Shown here: positions 13,957-26,195 of the stretch, piece after piece
Numbering within the stretch: the stretch's first letter is position 1
Layout: each line of letters opens with the position of its first letter
Assembly (NCBI RefSeq): GCF_018350175.1
Contig: NC_058368.1
Location: 27,468,001-27,532,000, forward strand
Direction: 5' to 3'
DNA length: 64,000 nt
From: Felis catus
Taxonomy: Eukaryota
Translations under genes and position numbers: made by a program
The notes under the pieces: model-generated
The model's input: only the letters and a program-made list of their open reading frames with translations
What the model was told of the DNA's origin: nothing
Database searches by the model: none

Positions 13957-14175
13957 TTTTAATTGTTTTCAGTGTTTATTTATTTTTGAGAGAGAGAGAG
14001 AGACTGAGTATGAGTGAGGGAGGGGCAGAGACAGAGGGAGGCACAGAATCAGAAGCAGGCTCCAGGCTCTGAGCTGTCAGCACAGACCCCAACACAAGGC
14101 TCGAACCCACGCACCATGAGACGATGATCTGAGCTGAAGTTGGACGCTTAACCAACTGAGCTACCCAGGCGCCCC
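13957..14175 (-). mobile_element. Can-SINE (SINEC_Fc-like) inserted in L1 B ORF1
   Basis: Reverse complement of ggggcgcctgggtagctcagttggttaagcgtcc..., (CT)n and A tail. TSD cagctgacagt / cagccgacagt. Confidence 0.93.
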
Positions 14176-15009
14176 CAGCCGACAGTCTCATAGGACTTTA
14201 TAGGGCTTTATTTCCTTTCTAGGAAATTTTTTGCTTCTCTCTTGCTTTTAAAATTCTCTTTGTGTTTAGCCTTTGACATTTTAATTATTATGTGTCATGG
14301 TATGGACCTCCTTGAGTTCATCTTGTTTGAAATGTCCTGTGCTTCTTGGACCTAGATGTCTGTTTCCTTCCCGAGGTTAGGGAAGTTTTCAGCTATTATT
14401 TCTTCATATAAATTTTCTACCCCTTTCTCTCTCTTCTTCAGGGACCCCAATAATGCAAATGTTTGTTTGCTGAGTGTTGTCCAAAAGATCCCTTAACCTG
14501 CCTTCATTTTTTTAATTCGTTTCTGTTTTGCTTTTCAGCTTGCGTGCATTCCAGTACCCTACCTCCCAGATCGCTGACGTATTCTTCCGCATCTGCTAAT
14601 CTACCATTGATTCCCTCTACTGTGGTTTTTATTTTAGTGATTGTATTCAATTCTGATTGGTTATTTTTTACGTTTTCTATCTCTTTATTGAAGGCCTCAC
14701 TGAATTCTTGCACTCTTCTCGCCAGCCCAATGAGCATTTTTATGATCATTACTTTAAATTCTTTATCAGGCATATTGCCTGTCTCCATTTCATGTAGTTC
14801 TTTTTCTGAGGGTTTGTCTTATTCTTTATTTTGGAGCATATTCCTCTGTCTCCCTGTTTTGCTTAACATTCTGTGTTTGTTTCTGTGGATTAGGTGTAAC
14901 AGTTACTTCTCCTAAACCTGAAGGAATTATCCTGTATATGGTCATCCTCCAGGTAGATGGTGTGTGCTTGGCGATCTCTGCTGGCTGGCCTGAGCTGTGA
15001 CGGGCATGG

Positions 15010-15740
15010 GTGGGGGACCCCAGGGCTTTCCACACAGAGAGCGCCATGTCTGGACAGCTGAAGCGGATGCGGGCCAGGGTGTCCTCAGATGCTGTGCGCT
15101 GAGAGCACCTGGCAAGACAGCTGAAATGGGTGTGACCCGGGCAGTCCGGGGCACCCTGTGCAAGGGGTGCCCTAGCAGCGTGGCTGGAGCTAAGGCAGTG
15201 TGGGTGCCGGGAGTTCCCAGAGTTTTCTGCACAGAGCCTTCCTTGACAGTGTAGCTGGAACTGAAGTGGGTGCAAACCAGGGGGACCTGGGGCTCGAAGC
15301 CCAGGGGGCACGTTGGCAGGATGGCTGAAGCTGAAGTGGATGTAAACCGGGATGTTTCGAGACTCTCAGCAGAGGATGCCCCGAAGGAGGGGATGGCGTT
15401 GAGGTGGGGTACAGGCCAGGAGGTTCTGGGGTGTTCTGTGCAGAGAGCGCCCTGGCAGGACAGCTTTCACTGAATTTGGTGCGATCTGAGGTGTCTCTGG
15501 GTACTCCATGCAGGGGGTTCCCTGGTCGGGCAACCAAAGCCAAGGCCAATGTGGGCAAAGGAGTGTTGGGGTGCTCTGCACAGGGGGCGCCCTGACGGGA
15601 TGACTGGAACTGATGCAGGCATGGACTGGGGTTTGGGGCACCCTGGCAGGGCAACTGGATCTCAAGCACATGGCAGCCAAAACATTCTGGAGTGTTCTGC
15701 ACGGGGGGGTGCCCTAGCCAGCCATCTGAAGCCAAAGTGG
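15010..15740. repeat. Degenerate ~70-bp tandem array (~10-11 units) in the L1 B 5' UTR
   Basis: A core like ggggtgttctg(c/t)(a/g)cagrgrgcgccctggcagg..gctggaactga recurs at ~15022, 15087, 15148, 15220, 15289, 15358, 15428, 15499, 15568 and 15689. Confidence 0.8.
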
Positions 15741-16261
15741 TGTGGGCCTTGAGCGTTCTGGGGGGGGCCTTGTGACTGTGATCTTAGCACGAAGGCTGGA
15801 GCTATAGTGAGTGCTAACTAAGGATATCCCAGTGTGCGCGCCCTGTGGCTGCTTTGGTGGGCTGGCCGGTAGGGGTGTGGGCTAGGGGTCCAGGGCTCAC
15901 TGAGGCAGCAGGCCAGGACATCACTCTGTGCTTTCAAAGTATGTGGGAGGGGTAGTGAGCGGAGACTGTGTATCAGCCCCTCCCACCCGGAGAGCCCTCC
16001 CACAGCTACCCCTACCATTAGCAGAATTCTAGAGCGGGCTGTTTTTCATGCCAGCTACTCTTTTAAACTGCGGCTTTGTGTGTGTGTGCCCTAGTGCATC
16101 CAGGGCTGATGTTTGCTTGGAGGACCTGAGGGTACAGACCTACCTCTGTCTATGCGTGAACCGTGTTGTTCTCTGGTCCCTGTGACCCAGAGAGTGTCCC
16201 CACAGCTCTTCCGCCATTTGGTGGAGCTTGACGGTCTGGCTCTTAGGGATGCTGGTCACTC

Positions 16262-16472
16262 TTTTTAAAAAAATCTTTTTTTAGGTTTGTTTGTTTATTT
16301 TGAGAGACAGAAGGCATGAGTGGGGCAGAGAGAGTGGGAGAGAAAATTCCAAGCAGGCTTCACACTGACACAGCGCAGAGCCCCACATGGGACTTGAACT
16401 TCCAAACTGTGAGATCATGACCTAAGCTGAAATCAAGAGTCGGACGCTAACGGACTGAGCTAGCTCGGCGCT
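16262..16472 (-). mobile_element. Can-SINE
   Basis: tttattttgagagacag...agatcatgacctaagctgaaatcaagagtcggacgct..., the reverse-strand SINEC body. Confidence 0.9.
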
Positions 16473-19262
16473 CTGTTAAACCATGGCTTTTTTTTTTCTG
16501 TGTCCAAGGACAGAGGAGTTCCAGGTCCCCAGTCCTGTCCCTCCCCAATGCCGTTCACCGCTTCAGAGGTGGGGGTTCCCTTCCTTACCCTGTCCCCATC
16601 ACTTTTGCTCTCTTGCCATTCTGTCTTTTGTTGTGCAGAAGCCCATGCCGGAGGCCGGCTTGGGCTCCAGGGCACTTGGTCATTAGTACCGCTTTTGAGT
16701 GGCCACGGGTTGGTCCGCTTCCCCAGTGATGTTGTGGCCCCAAGGCTCTCGGTAGGCTTAGACACCCTTGCTCTATCGTGGAAATGATAGTTCCCCTTTA
16801 GCGGGTTCTTGACACCCAAGGTATTACAACATCCAGGCACTTCTTGGAGCCTGCCTGATCGGTTTCACTCGGTCCTGTACTCTTCCCAGAACAGTTCTTC
16901 TCCCTGCCGGAGGAGTCAAAAGAACAGCGCCCTATGTACCCTGGGCAGAACCCACAGTGGTGCCCGGAGGCTGAAGCACTGCCAAGCCTCGGGTCTCTGT
17001 TGGACCCATGCCTCCTGCATTGCTGTTGAAGCCTTGCAGAGAGGCGTGTCCCCTCCAGAGTCACTGGCGGCGACCATGTAGGAGAACACCGTTTGTGGTT
17101 AGAGCACATGCTGCCATATTCGGTCTCAAAGATATTTCCCAGGACTCCTCTTTCCATCCTCATAGACACGACCCTAAGTCATCATGAAAGCAACAGTCAG
17201 TGGTAGGCGGTTATCGGCGCCTTGGAGAATCTGTTGGGACTTGCTCGACATGCCCTCCAGCTTTGAATAGGGGACAAAGGCCTAACAGCACCCTAGAGTG
17301 GTCTCAGCGTGTTCTGCCCTTGCCATCCCTTGCTGCCTCCTGATGTACTGCCTGCCCCTGGGGTCCAGTTCCCTTCCTAAGCCTGGATCCTCACCTGTGT
17401 GACGGCTCCAGGACCCCACTCAGTTTTGTCAGTTAACGTGGGCCTGTTGTCTGCTAAACGCTCCCCAGTAATTTCTTTTGGCCTCCGGGTATCATCCAGG
17501 CTGTGAACAGATCACCCTCTCCTGGAGATACTGTTTCCGCTAATCCCCGAGGTTCATGATTTGTATTGTTCTTAAATGCTGCACTCATCATCCTCGGTAA
17601 CGTCTTTCCATCTCTTTCCTCCGAAACCTCTTCTAGCCCTTAAAACGCAGCCATGTTGTTTCCTCGCAGAGGGTATCCCTACATCTTTCCTGGAACTCCT
17701 CTTCTGATCTCATCTACGTCAGCCTTTAGGTTTAGTCTGTTTTAACATTCTGGACTATGCTTCTACCGGCGCTGATTCCCAAGATCCCTTGTGGGAAGTA
17801 TAAGGACATCTTTCATCTCTAGTGGTGCAGCTGGCTCCAGCCTTGCCTGGGACCATACTGACCCCTGTCCTTATGGGCACCCTCCCGCCGTCAGCCTCAG
17901 GTACCCTGTAGCCAACCAGCATTTTCCTTCTGATCAATCCACCACCCCGCTGTGATTCCCTCGATTTTTTACCTTACTCATCTTCAGCAGGTAAGTGGGA
18001 CCTTTAGAGGAGCCTCCAAAATGTTCACCAAATTGCAATTTCTTAGAGCCTTTTTTTCCCTGCCAATTGCTATAATTACCCCCGATTTCCAAAGCAGTAG
18101 CTCGTAGGGTAAATTCAGCTCCCAGATCTTTTGTGATTGATAGACACTGAGGTTTGTTAGTTTTTTCTTCTTCTTCTTTTATTTGAATGCCTTCAGACAG
18201 GGTTTGTGGTCTTTACAGGTTCAACATGCTCCCAACTATTTCCCTATTCTTTTATCTGGCTAATTTTGTCAAGTTGAATTGACTAGATCAGCATCTATCC
18301 CTGTAACCAGTTCCTGTCCCGGTACCACCTGCCAAACCTTTTGCCCAGACCTTCTAAGTCCGCCTTTGTCCCTCCCTACTAACCTCTGTCCTGGCAGATT
18401 TCTCATCATCTAATGGAGACAGTATCCTTAACTCTCTGCCCAATATGCCCATCCTTCTTTGAGACCTATCTTTCAGTGAGAAATGTCCCTCCAAGCCTCA
18501 GCTACCCTAATGATTCTATCCCATATATGTAGGTCTCTGATCGTTGCATTTGATTTTCTATTAAATCTTTCTCCATTTTGAATCCTAATATCAGGTCCGG
18601 GAGAATAGGAGTTAAATGTTTTTTTTTTTTTCTGTTTCTCAATAGAAAAGACCATAGAAAGAAATAAAAATAGTTCAACTTCAATGTTCCACATGTTACT
18701 GGTTTGTGGTATAATTCTTCATTTTTAGTTTCTGAAGAAAAGAATTTCTCAACCTTTGCTTTATCTCCCTTTTGCAGTTCTGTATAAGGACATCTACTTA
18801 TTCAACTTAAACACTTCTAATAACAATCCTATCTCACCTTCCCAATAGGCCCTATTTCTCCACACACACATACAAGTTACTAGCATAGTATTATAAATCA
18901 GTTCGTACATGCTTTGGGGGAAGTTTTTTTATATTTGAAATAAAAGCATGTTTAAGTGGCTACAATAAAATCGTTTTTGTTAACAGAGATTAATCAAACC
19001 ATGGACAGAAACCTAAGATAATGTATGCCAAATTTGCTACTTTTGCATAGTTACTTGGTTTGCTGGGAGCAGCAGCTAAGAGCCTAAGTTTTAGTACTAC
19101 TTTTTTATTGTTGAGCACATAGATCAATTACTTATAAAAGTTGATGTTCAGTTATAAACGGAAGTGATGACCTTTTTTTTATAGAGTTGAAAAGACCAGG
19201 TGGCTCACTGAAATGCACAAAATCTACATGAACACCTCTATGGTTTTTGTTTAACTTCATAG

Positions 19263-19365
19263 GAAATCAACGTGTTGACAGTCGCATTGGTCAACCAAGA
19301 CCGAGAGAACAATATGGAAAAAAGAAGCCAAGGCTTAAAATCAGAGAAAGAAGCTTTGCTAATCG
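19263..19365 (+). CDS. ENOX1: ENOX1 coding exon, third from last (EINVLTVALVNQDRENNMEKRSQGLKSEKEALLI-G)
   Basis: Acceptor ttaacttcatAG at 19261-62 and donor GTaagg at 19366. The exon is 103 nt (34 codons + 1 nt) and joins in frame to the exon at 31365. The peptide matches the ENOX1 C-terminal region as I recall it. Confidence 0.95.
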
Positions 19366-20938
19366 GTAAGGACATTATGTTTTCCTCGTCTGCTGTCTTA
19401 AATAATATTCAAGGAATTCACCTCCAAGTTGTTAACAATGCAGACAGCTCTGCCCTCTGGCCAGAGGTAAGATTAACTTTGCCAAGATTATATTATACTT
19501 ACATTTCAAATTAGGGATGCATAAACCAAGGTGGGGAGGTTTGCTCTTCTGTAACCACGTGTGTTCGTCGGCTGTACAACATAAAACCGAGTGCAAGAAG
19601 ACAGATTATTTTGCATCCCACGTTTTACAAATCTGAATTCCAAAATATGGACGCATCGCTTCCAACAGGAGGCCAGGCTGTGTCTAAAAGTTCCAAATCA
19701 AGCCAGACCCCCAGGCTCAAGAGGCTGCATCCTGAGGTCAGCCCTGCAATGCTGATGATATGGGGGCTTTGAGCCTACATCTAAGTTGGCTTTTTTTTTT
19801 TTGGTCTGGACCAGAGACAAAGCTCTGAATGTTTTCTTTTTGAGAGTCCTCATGAGCAGATCCAAAAATAGTACTTACGCTCCCAAGGAAGAGTTCTTGA
19901 TGAGGATATGTTGGTGACGGGCCTGGGACCCTACTTTAGAAGCTGGTCTGTTTAAGGCCCGTCTCCAGAGTCCCCATTCTACAGAAGGAGAATCTGTGCC
20001 CCTCACTCTGTAATGCACAGGACTAATTCAAGCTGCGCCTTGGCACTGACCCTGGTGCGGGGTTCCAAGTTTAAACTGGCTCTTCCTTGGCATAGTGAAG
20101 GGTGAGGAATGAGACTGTTGTACATGCGAGACAAGTTGTTCTCCTATAGTTCATATTCTGGCAAAAGGAACACCTGGTTGCATTTTCTAGATAATGCACG
20201 CACTCACCTCAAAATGACAGGTACACCAGGGCCTGTAGAAGCTGGCACAGGAGGAATTAAATTCAAGATAGTCCAAACTTCATCCATCATATATAGATTT
20301 TTCAACTACAGGGTTATTGAATATGACATCAACTTCGAGATACTCTAAGGAAAACCAATTATTTTTCTTCTCTCTGATGATATACAGCTGCAATAACATG
20401 CCATGCACAAGTTTCGTAAGACATGCTGATGTGTTATCAGTTCCAGGAACCCAAAAATGAACCCATATGTAGTTGGCAACTGGATTTTTCTTCTATTGGA
20501 AAATGTGTCAAACTCCGACAACTGTTTCTCTTCTGCTCCGTGTGACAAAGTTGTGATCTCCCCCACGAATTCAGGGCATGAACAGAGCACATGGTGATCA
20601 GCAGTAAATGTTCCCTCTTTTAAGTCAGAATAATCCAGAGCACTTGAAATTTTAAAAAATGGGAATAAGTCTCTGTTTTTTTTTTTTAAATTTCCTGCCT
20701 CTCACTAAAGATTGCTTCTCCTCATGTGTTTTACTTGCAGAACAGAGTTCATTTACAATGTCTCTTAAATAGTTACTACACACACAAACACACACACATT
20801 TTTTTTCAATCAGCTACCTCAAAATTTAAAAAGGATATGCTTTGCACACCATAGGTTAATAGGAGTAGATGAGAGGTTACATTTAGAACATCTTAACTCT
20901 GCTGATGTCTTCAGTATTAAGGAAAAAAAAGTTGTTTT

Positions 20939-21112
20939 GGGGTGCCTGGGTGGCTCAGTCAGAGTGCCCGATCCTTGGTTTCAGTTCAGGTCACCATGAT
21001 CTCCTGGTTCATAGGTTCGAGCCCCAAGTCAGGCTCCGTGCTGATGGTGTGGAGCCTGCTTGGGATTCTCTCTCCCTCCCTCTCTGCTCCTCCCTCAAAA
21101 CAAATAATTAAA
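20939..21112 (+). mobile_element. Can-SINE
   Basis: ggggtgcctgggtggctcagtc head, B-box-like ggttcgagccc, CT tract and A-rich tail. Confidence 0.9.
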
Positions 21113-24100
21113 ACAATTTCCAAGAATTGTTTTAATTGGTAAACTCGAGTGTATTAGAAAAACTTTAGTAAGTCAGAATCTTCAGTTACCAGTAGGCAGA
21201 ACCCACTATAAATTTTCTAGGATTCTTCCGCTCACTTCTGGTCTTTTGAACTGGTTTACGTGTATTAACAACTGACACTCATTTTGAATCAATATATGAG
21301 AGTGTTTAGTTAGAAAGAAGGCCAAAGCCAAGTTTTTGATTAAAATAAGGTTAAGAGGTGGGGTTTTTCCCCCCCTTCATTTCTCCATTACCTCTCCTCC
21401 TCGACATTTTATTTTACTTAACGAAAGTTTTAATACAGCTGTGATTTCCTGCCCAAACCCTCCCCCCAAATACTTACTTTTGTAGTCAGAGAGAGAGTAA
21501 TTGTCCAGAAGAAGGCCAAGGTAGAAACGAGTCTCCAAGACTGGCAGAAAACGGATCCTGCTGAAGGACATAGCTGCCTCTTGCCATTAATCGTGCCTCT
21601 CTGCTAAGTGAGTTTGGCCATTCATACTTTGTAGAAACCCAAATGCTGGGGTCGCAAATACCGCTCTTGCAACTTCTGGAATCTAGAGAAGGGCTGTGAC
21701 AGGGACAGAATAGGGGTCCAAAACTGCTTTGGACAAAGCTAGATAGAGGGAAGAGTTTCTGGTGCTGGAGCTACTCTTTTCTGAAGAATACTTATAGGTA
21801 GAATGATTCCCAGAGTCCTCCAGACTTCTGATATATCTGGAAAGGTTAGGAATACTCTTTGCAGTATCGTTGGAATCTTCCCTTGGAATAATTAAACCCA
21901 TATAGAGGGTACAGTAGGCCTGTTGTGATCTAGCCTAGAAGGCCCAGGAGCACCGCAAAAAATCTCCCTTGATTCGGAAATACTTATTAGCAAAAGCCTC
22001 ATCACATCTGGGTACCTGTAGTATATGCTATATGCATATATATTCAGATAACACCCTCTTGGGACACACAGATATTATATAAAAATGCACAGTGGCACAA
22101 ATCTTGATTTCCTGGAAGGGAAAGGGGGGGAGTGAGAAATACACTTGTCAAATAGATTCCATATACAGAGAACATAAAACCGAGGCTAGAACTTCCTAAA
22201 CAACAAGCAATCCCGACCGTCTGTGATTGATTACTTGTGACGCTCATCTATCTGGGCAAAAGTACGCATCCCTTCCACACATTCTCATGGCCTGTTCATA
22301 ATTGGAGTCTTTAAGACATGGAAGGTACGGATACATAACAGAAGGTCAGTGGGATTTCACTGATGATATTACTTGGCGTCGTGCCTGTCCCTTGAGAGTT
22401 CCATCATTCTGCTCAACTTTCTGCTTGACAAGTAATGGGGATCGAGAGCTGTGTTCCAACTCTGCTAAAACAGATGGGCCCTTGGAAAGCACCTTATTCT
22501 TGTGACTTCTGGATTATTTATCTTATAATCAATGCTCGTAAAGACAGGTTAACATATCATTGGACCTAAAAGAATTACATTTGTATGGTGGGTGGGGGGG
22601 CGGGGGGTAAAGCAGGGTACTAGTTTACAGCTCACAGCTCTATGGTAACTGAACATTAGGTCAGCCTGACGTCGTCTAGTATCTATGCCAGAACTCCTAG
22701 TTCACTTCACATATGGCCTACACACTGGGTTTGGCATGCACTCAACTTGCATGGAACAGAATGAGACAATACTTTTGTTTTAGGACCACCGCTTTGGAAA
22801 CCACTGGCTACTGTTAATGAAGAATGGGTCAAGAAAATTTTTATAGATAGGCAAAGAGCTCTTGAGGAGATGCTAACAGTATACCTCTGGGTCTGTATCA
22901 CTCGATCTTCTCTTTTTAAGTAATTCGAACATAGTAAATGTCCAGTCCTAGGAGCCCTGACTGACACCCTCCCAATGCTAGTCATCACTGTAAATCCCAT
23001 CCAGGTATGGTCAGAACCTTCTCAACAGTTCTGTTCATAAAGTATCTGTTCTGCACAACTCCCCCCCCGCCCCACCGACTCCTGAGAACCGTCCCCAAAT
23101 TCTTAATGGTAAGGCACACGTCTTTACAGGTCATCCTGACTCCGCTACAAATCGGGACGTACATAGTACAGATGGCCAGGATGCTGCTTTCCATCACCCC
23201 CCCCCCCCACCGCCCCATCTCTATCGCTGTCACCATTTCACACATCTGCGCACAGCCTGTCTATATCAGAATTGGAATGCTCCCCTAAATACATGAGTAT
23301 TAGGAAGCAGATGAATGGACGGGAGAGAAACACACTTAAAGAAGGTTAAATGGTGATGTGTTGGCGTTTTCAGTGACTGGAATTGAGGCTATATTTAGGC
23401 CACACCTGAGAAAAGTAATCTGGGAAGTGCGTGCTTCTCTGAAAGCTGCTGACCATAAAGAATGAGTCATTGACCTAAATCTGGTTTCCGAGACACAAAT
23501 GTCCATATCAATAAATCAACAAACATTTGTCAAGAGCCGACTATAAAAATTACCAGCCTTCCTTGTGGAAAAGAATCATCTCGGCAGCCTGTTTAAAAGG
23601 CACAGCCTCTGGACCCACGCGCAGGGATTCTGTTACTAGAAAACTAACATCCGAGGTGATACTGAAACAGGCACTTGGGGGACCACGTTTGGAGAACTAC
23701 CAGCCTGCCGTCTGCCCAAACCTGTGTTGGCTGAGGGTGGTGATAAGATGATCTCTTCCCTCAGTTCATAGACTAGTGAGAAAGCAAGCAGTGAGTGGCA
23801 ATGAAATATGGTTTGGACTAAAATCAGAAGCACAGAGAAAGGGCTACTTAGGCCTTATCGGAAGAAAGGACAGTCGAACGAGTCCTAAAGGGATGCGCCG
23901 ACTCTCTCTGGTCAAATGAGGGAGCTGTCAAGGCCATTTCAGACACAAGGAACAACTGGTACAGTCTCAGGAGTTTAGTTAAAATAAGACCAACAGATAG
24001 ACATTTCATTTTTTTTCTTTACATTAAATAAACTAACCGTACAAGATCAGGTACGGGACTCACCAGAAAAGTGGAACAAACTGCTCTTTGGAAAATTAAA

Positions 24101-25039
24101 GCTTTTCAGCCTTCCGAGGCACGGAGAAGCTTCGGACCAAATCACAGTGTGGGATCACTCTCCTACCACTTGCTCACGGTGGAATCTCCCCGATTCCCAC
24201 AATGCTTTATCACGCTGCAGCTGCTCAGGATAACCACAGGCTCGTGGCTTAGTGGGAAACCCAGATTTCACAGGGCATCCTCCCTGCTGCCTCTCCGGTC
24301 CGGTGTCCCTGAAGCCTTATGGGCTGCAAAATGAAGCAAGAATATTTCCGGCTGGCTTACGGTCAGGCCTCTGCCGGTTTCTGGCATGATATAAGTGTCT
24401 CTGGAGAGATAGCTGTTCCTCGGCAGAGCTTACATTCCTAGAAATCCCTGGGATGCCCCCTCCCCCAGTAAGCTGATAGGTCTCAGGGTTTTCTGAAGTT
24501 TCCCAGGAGACTGTCAGCTAGTGTGCATGTAGGGAAAGCTAATCTCAGCCAGAACTTTCTAAGCTGACACAGAGTTTGGAGTGAAACTCCAAGCAGCCTG
24601 AGGAAGGGGAGTATGTTCTGGTAGGATGCCGTTTCTCCTTCACCTCAAGGAGAATGCACTGGGAAGGAGCATCCTGAGTATTTGTGGACGGAGGCATGAT
24701 TCACTGGGCAAATCATCCACTGTGGGTCTAATTCTTCATATCGTATCAAGTTAGGAGGTCTGATTAGATGGTCTTTCTCAACTCAATAGTCTGTAATCTA
24801 TGAGGACGATTACGAAAGGGGCACTGCCCTTTAGGAAGTGATCGTATTTGTAAGCAGATGCTGATAACATCGCATATTAACTTGAACTCTCCTACCTCAT
24901 ACCTTTAGAACAAAAAAAGAAGGGAGACTTGTCTTCACTCCAACAGCCCATGTCCCTGCTCCCTAAGCAGGACTTTTCCGAAGTCCCATCTATACTAACA
25001 GCCCCCATTTCCCTTCTTCCCCTCCCCTCCGGCCCACTC

Positions 25040-26195
25040 GGGTATAACTTGCACCCTCACCCTGAAGTGGTTTTGTCAGCGTGACGAGAGAACTTCATGT
25101 TGCCAATTTCTCAACTCCCTCCACTTGTCATCTGCACTTTAGACAGCTGACTAGCCACATCTTGTGAGTAGAAGTTCCTTCTCTTAGCTATCATGACGCC
25201 ATTTTTTCTTACTGATCACTCCCTCCCAGATTCCTTTGGTGAGTTTTCCTCAGCTTAACCTCTAAATCTGGGGCTTCTTCAGAGTTCAGGCAAGAAGTGC
25301 TTGGGTTTCAAATCCCTGTTTGTTGCCACTGATTCGCACATGTATACCATCTCCAGAAAGCATTTGGGATCTCCACATAGATGCTAGCGGACATCTCAAA
25401 TCTAGTGAGGCCAAAACAGAACTCTGGACTCCACCCTTTCCTCTGCCCTCATATGCTCCTCCCCAAGTACTCCCGTCTGAGAAAATGGTACCACCCAGCT
25501 CAAGCCAAATCGAGGACTCCTCCCCCCAAGACTATGCCACTCACACGTTGCCCTTCAGCTCTCCTTCACCGCTCTTTGGTCCAAATCACTACTTACCACT
25601 TCGGGTCTTGTGCAGACACTTCTAAATGGCCTCTCAATTGCCTTTTCATCTATTCACCAGACAGAAGCTTGAAGGAAGTTTTAAAAATGCAATTCAGATC
25701 TTATCATGCCCCTACTTCGAACTCTTCTGTTGGTTTCCTGCTATATTTAGAATTTAAGCCAAACACATCACACTCATCCAAGGCCTTCCATGATCTGGCT
25801 CCCCACCTCCCTCTAAATGCCTGCTGTACCACTCTCAGGCCAAGTTTGTTCCTGCCAGCTGCCAGCTCATTTCCACCTCAGGTCTTTTGCACATTCTGGA
25901 AAAATCTTTCCCCAGGCTGTCTGTGGCTGGCTCCTTCTCATCTGACCCAGGAGACTGTACCTTCACTCGACTTCCCGGGATAGAGTAACACTCCACCAAG
26001 CTTGAACCTGTTGTGTTTTCTTCACTGTGTTTACCACTATCTGAAAATATTCCCTTTATTTTTAATCTTTGTGTTTATCCTGTGTTACTTACCTAGAATA
26101 TAAATTCCCCAAGAGCAGGAAGCTTGTCTGTCTTGTGCAGTGCAGTGTCCCTGGCACCTAATTGCTGGTAAGGAAATATTTAAGAATGAATGAAC
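25040..26195 (+). mobile_element. L2 LINE 3' portion
   Basis: Typical L2 motifs (ctcaaatctagtgaggccaaaacagaactc; aaatgcaattcagatcttatca) ending ctagaatataaattccccaagagcagg...gaatgaatgaa. Confidence 0.75.

Larger units (their letters stand above)
9949..16232 (-). mobile_element. L1 LINE B, near full length but lacking its 3'-terminal ~0.55 kb; inactive
   Basis: ORF2 fragments include endonuclease GDFNTPLTSMD (12882-13067). ORF1 fragment at 14504-14788. The 5' UTR at 14900-16230 begins caaatggcggaag. Confidence 0.88.

Noticed and set aside
14826..15752. Stack of overlapping 60-180-aa ORFs with periodic repeats that might suggest a CRISPR-like array or repeat protein
   Set aside because: Explained by the GC-rich ~70-bp tandem array in an L1 5' UTR. 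The units are contiguous and diverged, with no unique spacers, and the DNA is mammalian.
1..19262. Additional upstream ENOX1 coding exons or a second gene
   Set aside because: I found no frame resembling the expected upstream ENOX1 coiled-coil sequence or any other recognisable protein. A very short exon cannot be excluded by eye.
25381..25983. 200-aa ORF, the longest in the track
   Set aside because: It lies wholly in a decayed L2 remnant and has no recognisable protein features or exon structure; chance open frame.
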